A stretch of 61,555 bases of DNA. It comes from an uncultured Planctomycetales bacterium. Lineage in GTDB: Bacteria; Omnitrophota; Gorgyraeia; Gygaellales; JAHJCI01. Location: contig CAZQEY010000006.1 of the NCBI GenBank assembly GCA_964592485.1, positions 1-61,555 on the forward strand. Reading direction: 5' to 3'. The notes under the pieces are model-generated. The model was given only the letters and a program-made list of their open reading frames with translations, searched no databases and was not told the origin of the DNA. Positions 31,213 through 39,664 of the stretch are shown here, piece after piece. The translations under genes were made by a program, and so were the position numbers. The stretch's first letter is position 1. Each line of letters starts with the position of its first letter.

Positions 31213-31370
31213 TTATAGCGTAAAATTTAGTTTACTTTTCTAATTTTTGGCGCTCAAGTGCTATACGCGAGAGGCGCGGTATAGCGCAGTCCATAGAAGT
31301 TTTTAACGTGGCTTAAGGCGATATAGCGGACGACCATAGTTTTTGGGAAGCATTAGAGGACGTGCGGCTG

Positions 31371-31497
31371 GCGGCTGCCCGCACCTAGCTGCAAACCGAC
31401 GAGAATTTTTGTCCTAAAAAGAAAAAGTCCCTACTCCTAGGAGCAGAGACTTTTTCTTTGGAAGGCAAAATTTTGGGTGCGGAAAAGTTCTGCCTCT
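31371..31497 (+). repeat. Left 127-bp inverted repeat flanking the phospholipid cassette
   Basis: About 88% identical by manual alignment to the reverse complement of 36038-36163; internal hairpin AAAAAGTCCCTACT...AGCAGAGACTTTTT. Confidence 0.88.
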
Positions 31498-31498
31498 A

Positions 31499-34228
31499 CT
31501 ATCTATCTTCTTTATCTATCCTTATCTTAAGATCCCTAACTCTCCCTTCCACTTCTTTAACAATATCTTTATAGACTTCGTATCCTGTTTTTTTCCTTTG
31601 AAACTCATGAGCATATATGGGTTCGGCGAATGTTACAATAATCTTCCTAGGCCTAGGAAAAATACTTCCCTTCGGAAGAGCTGCATATGCTCCGTAAATA
31701 TAAGTAGGAATCAAGGCTACGTCAAGCTCTAAAGCCAAAGAACCAATACCTGGCTTAAATGGCATAAGTTTGCCTTCAACCGACCGCGCGCCTTCTGGGA
31801 AAAGTATAATTGACTTTTTCTTTTTGATAATCTCTGAACATATCTTTAAGCCTTTAACAAAATTCCCAAAGCGCTCAAAGGCGAACGTGTTAAAAGACAT
31901 CTCTACAAGATGGCGTTTTAAAAAACTGGTGTAAAAATAATCCTGTGCCGCCGGAGCTATAACATCCTGCGTTTCAGATAACGGCAGACAACTAAATAAA
32001 ATTGGGAAATCCAACATACTGGTATGATTACTGGCAATGATAAAAGATTTTTTACTGGGAATATTTTCTATGTCTCTCACCTCAAGCCGAAAATAAATTT
32101 TTGCAAACAGGCGAAATAAACAGGTACTAATTAACCGGATGGTCCTCACGAAAACATTCCTTTTAAGAATTGATTCTATATCTTCCTCGCTAATGGATAC
32201 ATCGTCAACTCTCCCATTTTTGTATTCGGAAATGATTCGCACAAAATCATTAAATGTGTTAATTTCATAAGCCAATTCATCCGGGATAGTTAAACCAAAT
32301 TCCTTCTCTACAAGGCATAGCAATTCTACCTTCATAAGTGAATCTACGCCAAGGTCATTATAAAGATTTGAATGTGTCCTAATGTTACTCTCGGGAATTT
32401 TAAGTAAATCAGCGAGAATATTTTTCAATTTCAAAGTAAACTCATCTTCTCTAATCTGTATCTGCTCAACAAATTGGTCCTGTTTCGCCCGTCCTGTCTC
32501 TTCGTCTTTCTTTTGTATGAACTCAAGCAGCACCTTTCGCTTTATCTTCCGTGTAGATGTTTTGGGCAAATCACCATTGTAAATCTCAAAATCTTTAATC
32601 CTTTTATAATCAGCGAGATTCTTACTAAGTCTATCTATCTCTAGAGAGATTTTTTCTTTTATTGCGGCCTCACTTTTTCTCTTGCTTTCATCAAAATATT
32701 CAAGATTGGGCACAACCACAGCATAAACCTCTTCACAGCCTTTTCTTGAACCCGTAGTTACAACTTTACCCAAAACGCAAATCTCTTTTATATAAGGGCT
32801 GTTGCTCATTACTTCTTCTAATTCCTCCGGAAAAACCTTTTTGCCCACACCTAAAACAATTAAGTTTTTCATCCGGCCCGAAATATATAAAAAGTCATCC
32901 TCATCTATCCAACCAATATCACCTGTATGGAACCAACCATTTCTAATAACCTCGCCAGTTTTTTCTGAATGCCGATAGTAGCCCTTCATAACATTCGGAC
33001 CGCGTACTATTATTTCACCTTCTTTGCCTCCAGTCTCAGAGCTCCTTAAAATTTTAACATCCAATCCCTCAAGCGGTTTTCCTACAGAGCCGTATTTTTT
33101 TCTTTTAGCCGTATTCAGGCTAATCACGGGAGAGGTTTCGGTTAATCCGTAGCCCTGAAGTACGTAAAAGCCCATTGCGTTAAAATCAATCTCTACTGAA
33201 GAATCTAAAGGGGCACCTCCACATACAAAAGTTTCTATATGGCCGCCAAATTTTTTATGCACCGGATAAAATAAAAATCTGCCAATACGAATATTAAACT
33301 TTAGTAAAAATTGCGATATGTGAAGTAATGTTTTAAAAATCTTCTGTTTTATTGGATTTTGTTTATCTAATTCCCGCATAATCTGACCATGGAACATCTT
33401 TAAAACAAGTGGCACGCATATCATATTTGTAGCTTTAATTTTTCCCATTAAAGTAAGCAGGCCAGTAGGCTTTAGACTCTTAGCATAGGTTATGCTTGCT
33501 CCTCCGTATAAGGGCCCAATAAGACCGCCGGTTATCTCAAGCATATGATTAAGCGGTAAAATAGATATAAAGCGATTTTTTCTGCTGAAAGGGGTAATCC
33601 TGTGTAATGCTATTACCTCAAACAAAAGATTACCATAGGTTAATTCAACGCCTTTAGCTACCCCCGTTGTGCCGGATGTATAAACAATAAGTGCCGTATC
33701 TTCGGCCTTAATTTCATCCGGACGATTGCGCTGATCGCCTGCTTGGCATTTCAGGTCTTTCAGATAAATAACTTCTTTGTGTCTTTCTTGAGACTCATCA
33801 AAACTTACAATATACCCTAAAGAAAGCAGCTCATTTTTTAGCTTAGTAATGATAGGTAAAAATCTCCCGGAAACAAAAATACACCTTGCACCTGAATCTC
33901 TAAGAACGAAAAGGATCTCTGCCTCAGTTAATTTAATATCCATGGGTACAGTAATACCTCCCGCTGAAATAATACCGAAGAATGTTATTACCCATTCGGG
34001 CCGATTTTCAGAAAGAATGGCTATACGGTTATCTTTTTTAATACCCATTTTGATAAGAGAAGCAGACACATCAACTGAACACTCTCTCAGCTCATCAAAG
34101 GAAAAACTACGCATGCCCTCCTCATCTTCAATTTGCAATGCAACCGCATTTTTGTGCTGTTGACTTATAGCGTAAAGCAAACCTAGCACCGTTTCATCTC
34201 TTACTGGTTCTCTACATATTTTATACAT
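31499..34228 (-). CDS. Acyl-CoA synthetase (AMP-binding)-ACP-PlsC acyltransferase fusion
   Basis: YTSGTTG, QGYGLTETSP, FHTGD (ANL); DLGVDSL (ACP Ser); NHTSMLD and FPEGARS (PlsC). Confidence 0.9.
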   Translation of the reverse strand: MYKICREPVRDETVLGLLYAISQQHKNAVALQIEDEEGMRSFSFDELRECSVDVSASLIKMGIKKDNRIAILSENRPEWVITFFGIISAGGITVPMDIKLTEAEILFVLRDSGARCIFVSGRFLPIITKLKNELLSLGYIVSFDESQERHKEVIYLKDLKCQAGDQRNRPDEIKAEDTALIVYTSGTTGVAKGVELTYGNLLFEVIALHRITPFSRKNRFISILPLNHMLEITGGLIGPLYGGASITYAKSLKPTGLLTLMGKIKATNMICVPLVLKMFHGQIMRELDKQNPIKQKIFKTLLHISQFLLKFNIRIGRFLFYPVHKKFGGHIETFVCGGAPLDSSVEIDFNAMGFYVLQGYGLTETSPVISLNTAKRKKYGSVGKPLEGLDVKILRSSETGGKEGEIIVRGPNVMKGYYRHSEKTGEVIRNGWFHTGDIGWIDEDDFLYISGRMKNLIVLGVGKKVFPEELEEVMSNSPYIKEICVLGKVVTTGSRKGCEEVYAVVVPNLEYFDESKRKSEAAIKEKISLEIDRLSKNLADYKRIKDFEIYNGDLPKTSTRKIKRKVLLEFIQKKDEETGRAKQDQFVEQIQIREDEFTLKLKNILADLLKIPESNIRTHSNLYNDLGVDSLMKVELLCLVEKEFGLTIPDELAYEINTFNDFVRIISEYKNGRVDDVSISEEDIESILKRNVFVRTIRLISTCLFRLFAKIYFRLEVRDIENIPSKKSFIIASNHTSMLDFPILFSCLPLSETQDVIAPAAQDYFYTSFLKRHLVEMSFNTFAFERFGNFVKGLKICSEIIKKKKSIILFPEGARSVEGKLMPFKPGIGSLALELDVALIPTYIYGAYAALPKGSIFPRPRKIIVTFAEPIYAHEFQRKKTGYEVYKDIVKEVEGRVRDLKIRIDKEDR

Positions 34229-35297
34229 ATATCCAGTTAATTAAGTGGAAGGTAATGGGGATGGTAAAAATGAGGCTGTCAACTCGATCTATAATTCCGC
34301 CATGCCCGGGAAGCAGGGTGCCGGAATCCTTTATCCCGATATCCCGCTTTATCATTGAGAATACCAAATCGCCCATCAAGCCTAAAATTCCTATTGCCAG
34401 GCCTAAAATAGTGCCAAAAGAATAAGTCAATCTTCCCTTTGGAAATTCGGGCATAATGGGAATAAAAGCTAACGATAAAATAGCGACAACTAAGGCGGTT
34501 AATATTCCTGCTCCCCATGTTTTCTTGGGGCTTACACTTTCTGCAATTTTAGTATTCAAAATTTTAAATATAGTATTTCTGGGAACCTTTTCGTAGCATA
34601 GCGATAAGCCCTTACCTATCCAAAACGATAAGAGATCTCGAGCCTCTGTCAAAAAGAAACAATACAGGAGCACCATTGCACCCATATTAACCATAAAAAG
34701 GCTGTGCCCAAGATTAAAAACAAAAAACATAAGCCCAATAGAAATAAGCCCCAAAGACCTTATCGTTCCTTCGGTTCTGTTTTGCAAAACGAAAATAATA
34801 GGTATGAGCAAAAAGGCATAAACCGGAGCAAGAATAATGTACAAACCATACCATTGAATATAAGCTAAATATACAGTGACCAGAATGACTAGATAACATA
34901 ATAATATAGGCAGCCTATCTTTCAAAGAAAGGTTTTTGCTTCCCCCGGTTTCTTTCTTCGGCAGAAGCGAAAAATACTCCTTCAACGCCAAAAAACAAAG
35001 AAATCCCATAAAACAGAAGGAAACAATTCTATGAGTTGAGACTGCTATCATAAAAACCGCGGCCATCCACCACCAAGTTATTGTCCTGTTAACTATTTCT
35101 TCGGCCAACTTTGATTTCCTAATTACTAATATAGCAGCAACGAAGCTAAAAAATAAAAGCAAACCAATAATAACTCCCATAATAATAAGCATAGAATAAT
35201 TCTGCTCATAAACCAAGATGCCCAAGGATGTAAATATCATTACTACAAATATAATAAATTTCCTTAAGCCTTTAAGCATCTTTACCTCCCGATCCAA
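34221..35297 (-). CDS. Phosphatidate cytidylyltransferase family (YnbB/CdsA-like)
   Basis: SPKKTW.G, GDLVFSMIKRDIGIKDSG.LLPGHGGIIDRVDS. Confidence 0.88.
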   Translation of the reverse strand: MDREVKMLKGLRKFIIFVVMIFTSLGILVYEQNYSMLIIMGVIIGLLLFFSFVAAILVIRKSKLAEEIVNRTITWWWMAAVFMIAVSTHRIVSFCFMGFLCFLALKEYFSLLPKKETGGSKNLSLKDRLPILLCYLVILVTVYLAYIQWYGLYIILAPVYAFLLIPIIFVLQNRTEGTIRSLGLISIGLMFFVFNLGHSLFMVNMGAMVLLYCFFLTEARDLLSFWIGKGLSLCYEKVPRNTIFKILNTKIAESVSPKKTWGAGILTALVVAILSLAFIPIMPEFPKGRLTYSFGTILGLAIGILGLMGDLVFSMIKRDIGIKDSGTLLPGHGGIIDRVDSLIFTIPITFHLINWIYV

Positions 35298-35920
35298 GTA
35301 TAAGATTCGTATTTTTTGCCTTTAGCTGCTTGAAGTATTTTTTTTATTCTTATGATGCAGGTCAAGCCAATTAAAACAGATACAGCTCCGAGATAATAAG
35401 GCAGGTAATGAATAAATTCCGGCTTAAAAAATGTGATAATAGCGAACAAGCCCATCCAGACTGCTCTATCAGGCTTGCCTCCACCAAAGGTCTCATGTCT
35501 ACGTGTACCTCCTGGCATACTTTTTCCAAGAACCCCGAAAAATTCTGCAGCCCAAGTCAAAATAAGATATATAGCTAATAAAAAAGTCGGGCTATTGGGT
35601 ACAAAAAAAAGTGAACCATAACAAACTGTATCCCCGACAATATCTAACGTCTCATTCCAAAGTTCGCCAGCAACGGTTGCAGTTTTATACTCACGGGAGA
35701 GCATTCCGTCTAAAGTATTCATCACCATCCGCATGAATAAAAAGAAAGGCACAAGCAGCAATGCCCACCGATAATTATTGAAAGAAAGTCCAATATAATA
35801 GCCTAATGCAGTTAGAACTACAAAAATACATCCAAAAAAAGTCGCCTGATTAGCAGTCATCCAAGAGCCACCAAACCAACGGACTACTTTCTGAAAATTC
35901 CCTTTCTGCAGATAAAGCAT
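35282..35920 (-). CDS. CDP-alcohol phosphatidyltransferase family (YnbA-like)
   Basis: NTLDGMLSRE...GELWNETLDIVGD motif; GKPDRA. Confidence 0.88.
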   Translation of the reverse strand: MLYLQKGNFQKVVRWFGGSWMTANQATFFGCIFVVLTALGYYIGLSFNNYRWALLLVPFFLFMRMVMNTLDGMLSREYKTATVAGELWNETLDIVGDTVCYGSLFFVPNSPTFLLAIYLILTWAAEFFGVLGKSMPGGTRRHETFGGGKPDRAVWMGLFAIITFFKPEFIHYLPYYLGAVSVLIGLTCIIRIKKILQAAKGKKYESYTWIGR

Positions 35921-36037
35921 TGTATCCTCCTTTTATTTTCAAATATGGATGATTTCTATTTTAAGAATCGAACAACCGTAAACACACGACTTTTTATTAT
36001 ATCACAAAAAAATAAAAAAACATTTCTTCGTTGTGCA

Positions 36038-36163
36038 AGAGGCAAAATTTCTTCCACCCAAAATTTTGTCTTCCAAAGAAAAAGTCCCTACTTCTAGGAG
36101 TAGGGACTTTTTCTTTTTGGGACAAAAATTCTCATCGGTTTGCGGCCGGGCGCGGGCAGCCGC
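36038..36163 (-). repeat. Right 126-bp inverted repeat flanking the phospholipid cassette
   Basis: Reverse complement aligns to 31371-31497 with 14 substitutions and 1 gap. Confidence 0.88.
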
Positions 36164-36240
36164 AAACCCCGCTCTCTTCTAGAGGGACGGGATTTTTAAC
36201 TTTTCTTTAGAAAAGGATTTATTTGGATGGCATGCGCTTT

Positions 36241-36745
36241 TTACCAATTATACATAAATTCTTTATATTTTATCCCTAGTCGCTCAGAAAAGATCTTTAT
36301 TTTATCCTCAGAAATTTCCTTTGAGATGTAAAAGGGATCAGAAAAAGCATCATACCATTCAATAAGTACTTTATTATCTCTATATACAAGAAGGTGAACA
36401 GCAATTTCAAGCTCTGCGTGTTTTTCCACTAGCTGTGCAAGCCCTTCAAGGTTCTCTGTGGTTATAGGTAAGTGAAATATTCTCGGCCGTGGCCAAATAG
36501 TACCCATCTCTACTTTAGTAATTTGTGCGGGTTTGCGAGCCTCCAGATATTCTTCTATTTCTTTTGTCGGACCCCCCACCCTCAAGATATAAGATAGAAT
36601 CACTGGGGAGTAAGTCATTTAACGCCTTCAAAAAAGCAGGGAAGTCTTTAGCGCAAGATAGTTCCCAGCAAGGTCCTTTATCCATAGAGATTCCTTTTCG
36701 GTCTTTAGCTGGAACATAACCAAATATTTCTGATAACCAACTCAT
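36241..36745 (-). pseudogene. Hypothetical protein split by a frameshift in a G6 run (36572-36577)
   Basis: 36745 ORF (MSWLSE...LYLEGG) and 36618 ORF (GPTKEIEEYL...YNW) join in frame if one G is removed. Confidence 0.7.
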
Positions 36746-36756
36746 ATCTTTCCCTT

Positions 36757-36940
36757 TTATGTTAGCAAATTGTCAATTTTTATATCTAAGGCTTTTGCTA
36801 ATTTCAGTACTGTTTCTATCTTTGGATTTTTAATCCTACCACTTTCGAGTTTTATAAAAGTATGGTATGGAATGTTTGCTTTTATTGTCAACCATTCTTA
36901 AATCAAAGTCCCTTACTTTTTCTTTAATTTTACCACCGTT
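36757..36940 (-). pseudogene. Degraded XRE-family HTH regulator (5' limit approximate)
   Basis: ...KANIPYHTFI / KLESGRIKNPKIETVLKLAKALDIKIDNLLT* with a frameshift and an upstream stop. Confidence 0.65.
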
Positions 36941-37075
36941 AAATAGCTAAGCAATATCTATTTCGTGGCTAAAAGGATTGCCTGGAATATAGTTATGGAT
37001 TAGATTTTAGGGCTTTGAGCGGAAGCGTATCAGAAATTTCTCGGCATTTCGAGTGCGGGTTTTACAGGTTTTCTG

Positions 37076-37103
37076 TTGACTTAAATCTTATTTTGGGTAA
37101 AAT
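37076..37103 (+). promoter_or_regulatory. Probable tRNA promoter
   Basis: TTGACT-16 nt-TAAAAT, 10 nt before the tRNA 5' end. Confidence 0.55.
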
Positions 37104-37113
37104 AAAACCTACT

Positions 37114-37443
37114 TCCCCCGTAGCTCAGTCGGTAGAGCAGATGGCTGTCAATTCGCCAAAGGCGAATTGACCCCGAGCATCACCCTAAAAAAGTTAAGAT
37201 GCGAGGGGTTAATCATGGCAGCTTTCCCGAGAAATCGGGATTGAAAAAGCGGGCTAATTCAGGAGAGCCCTAAAAGTAAGGGTAATCCTGAGCTAAATCT
37301 TCGCTAAAGGCGGAGTAAATGTGCAGAGACTATATACCCGCTATCCAAACGTAAAAACGAGGATAAAGATATAGTCCAAGTCCGAAAGTAATTTCGGGTT
37401 ACTTGTAACCATCGTGTCCGAGGTTCGAGTCCTCGCGGGGGAG
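37114..37443 (+). tRNA. tRNA-Asn(GUU), intron-containing: exon 1 37114-37148, exon 2 37406-37443
   Basis: Joined exons give a 73-nt cloverleaf: acceptor TCCCCCG/CGGGGGA, discriminator G, D arm GCTC/GAGC, anticodon arm GATGG-CT GTT AA-CCATC, T arm CGAGG-TTCGAGT-CCTCG; CCA not encoded. Confidence 0.92.
37149..37405 (+). ncRNA. Group I self-splicing intron, 257 nt, no ORF, resembling bacterial tRNA (IC3-like) introns
   Basis: 5' exon ends in U and intron ends in G; P3 GCGGG/CCCGC, P4 TTCAGG/CCTGAG, P5 GCCCT/AGGGT, P7 GCAGAGACTA...AAGATATAGTCC, P8 TATCC/GGATA, P9 CCGAAA/TTTCGG; IGS GCAGCT at 37218-37223. Confidence 0.9.
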
Positions 37444-37450
37444 TTAATTT

Positions 37451-37478
37451 AAAAAGGCCGTCACAAGACGGGCTTTTT
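37451..37478 (+). terminator. Intrinsic terminator after the tRNA
   Basis: AAAAAGGCCGTC-ACAA-GACGGGC-TTTTT. Confidence 0.75.
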
Positions 37479-37584
37479 GCTTTTAACTCCCCAATAGTAG
37501 GCTCGAACCTATCAGTGGAACCTAAGTCGGAAGAGAACTATCCGAATAGCGGCCTAAGAGTGGCTCTGAAAGAACATCGGCAGA

Positions 37585-38757
37585 TTATTCTTTCGCTTCA
37601 GGCATTTTCCTCGGTACAGTTATATTGGTCTGCCGAAGCTTCCAACCTTCTCGCAAACACGCTTCGCATGAACTATTGAATTTACTAGTTATGAGCTCCT
37701 CTCGGAGCTTTTGGAAAGGTATCCCATTCCATATATCCAACAGCGATTCTTCTGCCAAATTACCGAGAGGCTCTTCTTGATAGTAACAACACGGTTTAAT
37801 ATCTCCACTCGCCTCTACAAAGAATGCGTAAAATGGTTCAATACAAGGCACTCTAGATGAACTAGGAAGGTAGTTCTTTTTTTTCAAAGAACTGGCCAAA
37901 TCATCCTCCATAAACTTAGTGAAACGGTGGACACCAGAACCAACCAGCATGATACCATTCCGACGAACGTTCTCCATGGTCTCAATGAATAGAGGTAAAT
38001 GAGCACGATAGTCTTCATCTGATAAATAAAACTTCTCTGGTCCGTAAAACTCGCTTGCGATGTTTTCTTCAATATCATGCAAAACCAAGCAAGCGGGCTG
38101 ATAGGGCAATATAAAGTTTGAAAAGTCGAGTAGCTCATGAATGTTTGGTTTCATCAGTACCATGCAAAAGTTCAGTTTGGGATTGCACTTATTGCATTGT
38201 GCCTTAGTCTCAACTAAGGCCTCAATATTTCGGACGATCTGGTCGTAACTCGCTCCAATACGTATGTATTCAAAGGTTTCCTTTGAAGGGCTATCCATTG
38301 AAATAGCGACTTGGGTAACATTCTGATCTATCAAGCAATTGATAATCTCCTTGGTGGCCAATGTAAAGTTAGTTGTCAGCGCAATTTCTATTTCATTTGA
38401 TGCACTTCGGATTGTACGAACTATCTCCATAAATCGGCTGTGCATGAGTGGTTCACCCCACCAACTCAAGTTAATAGATTGTGCATAGGGGAGAATCGGG
38501 ATGATTTCCTGAAAGACCTTCTCTTTTATTTCTCCAATGTAAAAACCCGAATTACATAAATAATTCCAGTAATTTGGAGTTCTACACATCCGGCAAGATA
38601 GATTGCATCTATTTGAAATTTCTACTACTATCCAAGCAGGCATATTGTCTAAGCATAATGTTGGTCTCAGAATACCTCGCAACGTCTTCAGAGCATTTGT
38701 GTACTTTGTAAACTGAGTGTGATCTGAACCCATTTGCGTGAAGGATAAATTTGGCAT
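37585..38757 (-). CDS. Radical SAM protein with SPASM/twitch domain, putative RiPP maturase
   Basis: CNLSCRMC; WWGEPLMH; CIEPF...GDIKPCC...GNL...IWNG...CEAC. Confidence 0.88.
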   Translation of the reverse strand: MPNLSFTQMGSDHTQFTKYTNALKTLRGILRPTLCLDNMPAWIVVEISNRCNLSCRMCRTPNYWNYLCNSGFYIGEIKEKVFQEIIPILPYAQSINLSWWGEPLMHSRFMEIVRTIRSASNEIEIALTTNFTLATKEIINCLIDQNVTQVAISMDSPSKETFEYIRIGASYDQIVRNIEALVETKAQCNKCNPKLNFCMVLMKPNIHELLDFSNFILPYQPACLVLHDIEENIASEFYGPEKFYLSDEDYRAHLPLFIETMENVRRNGIMLVGSGVHRFTKFMEDDLASSLKKKNYLPSSSRVPCIEPFYAFFVEASGDIKPCCYYQEEPLGNLAEESLLDIWNGIPFQKLREELITSKFNSSCEACLREGWKLRQTNITVPRKMPEAKE

Positions 38758-38901
38758 AATCCTATCCCGAGGTGAGCGAAGTAGTACTTATTCTATCGCC
38801 TTTAACCACCCCTTGTATTCTAGTCGCAATTTCAAGGAATGGGAGACACTACCCACTCACTACAACACTAACGAATGATTTTTGTCATCCCTCCACCCAG
38901 A

Positions 38902-39255
38902 CTATTTTTTAGGCGGAACTTTTTTAGTCGTAACTGCAGGAGCTGGGGCCACAGTAACCACCACTACAACCCTAACAGCTGCCCTGACAGCTGGTCTGGT
39001 CGCTGCTGTTACGCCTGCCTTTACCCGAAGGGCTTGGTATTCGCCTCCCATGGTAGTCAAGATACCTTGAAGGTCTATCCCTTCCTTGAAAAACTCCTCG
39101 GGAAGGTCGATTCCATATTCGTCAAGAATGCGTTTTGGCTCGCGTTCAAACTGCTTCTGGAACTCATCATTTTCTAATAACTTATCAATCAGTTCAAGAA
39201 CCCTTTCATCCGAGCTGTCCACTTTGATTTCAAATTTGATCTTGTTTTTTTCCAT
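38902..39255 (-). CDS. Putative RiPP precursor with NHLP-clan-like leader and Val/Ala-rich core
   Basis: Acidic leader LIDKLLENDEFQKQFEREPKRILDEYGIDLP, TMGG junction, 46-aa core EYQALRVKAGVTAATRPAVRAAVRVVVVVTVAPAPAVTTKKVPPKK; lies between two radical SAM genes; RBS AGGAG. Confidence 0.75.
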   Translation of the reverse strand: MEKNKIKFEIKVDSSDERVLELIDKLLENDEFQKQFEREPKRILDEYGIDLPEEFFKEGIDLQGILTTMGGEYQALRVKAGVTAATRPAVRAAVRVVVVVTVAPAPAVTTKKVPPKK

Positions 39256-39664
39256 GGCTTCTCCTCATATTAGGCAAAAAAGCTTATCTAACAATTAACA
39301 TATTCCTCCCAGACGGTTCACGTTTTGTCCTTTTAGTCTTTCTACACCTGACCGACATGATGATAACAATTTCACTATATTATGGGCTTCTGCACTCCAA
39401 AAGTGCACAATAATCACTCATAACTCACCTCCTTTCCAAACCGAGATGAACCATCTGTGTTTTTTAAGACCTCAGTTCAAATTTTTCTAAGTGCTAAGTT
39501 CGGCCTTAAGGAGTTATCTTGCCTACCGGCATTCAAACCCAATAATATAGGGTATGGCAACGAACTTAGGCGAGCTAATCACTTGGGTTATGCCCGAGCA
39601 TCTTCTCCGCCCCCCACTGGTGACAGCATCCTTTGAAGATTTAGAGCATTTTCCAAAATAATGT

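Noticed and set aside
37114-37170. tRNA-Asp(GUC) read from the unspliced CTGTCAA
   Set aside because: The bases after the loop (TTCGC) cannot pair with GATGG; the complementary CCATC and the T arm appear only after the intron
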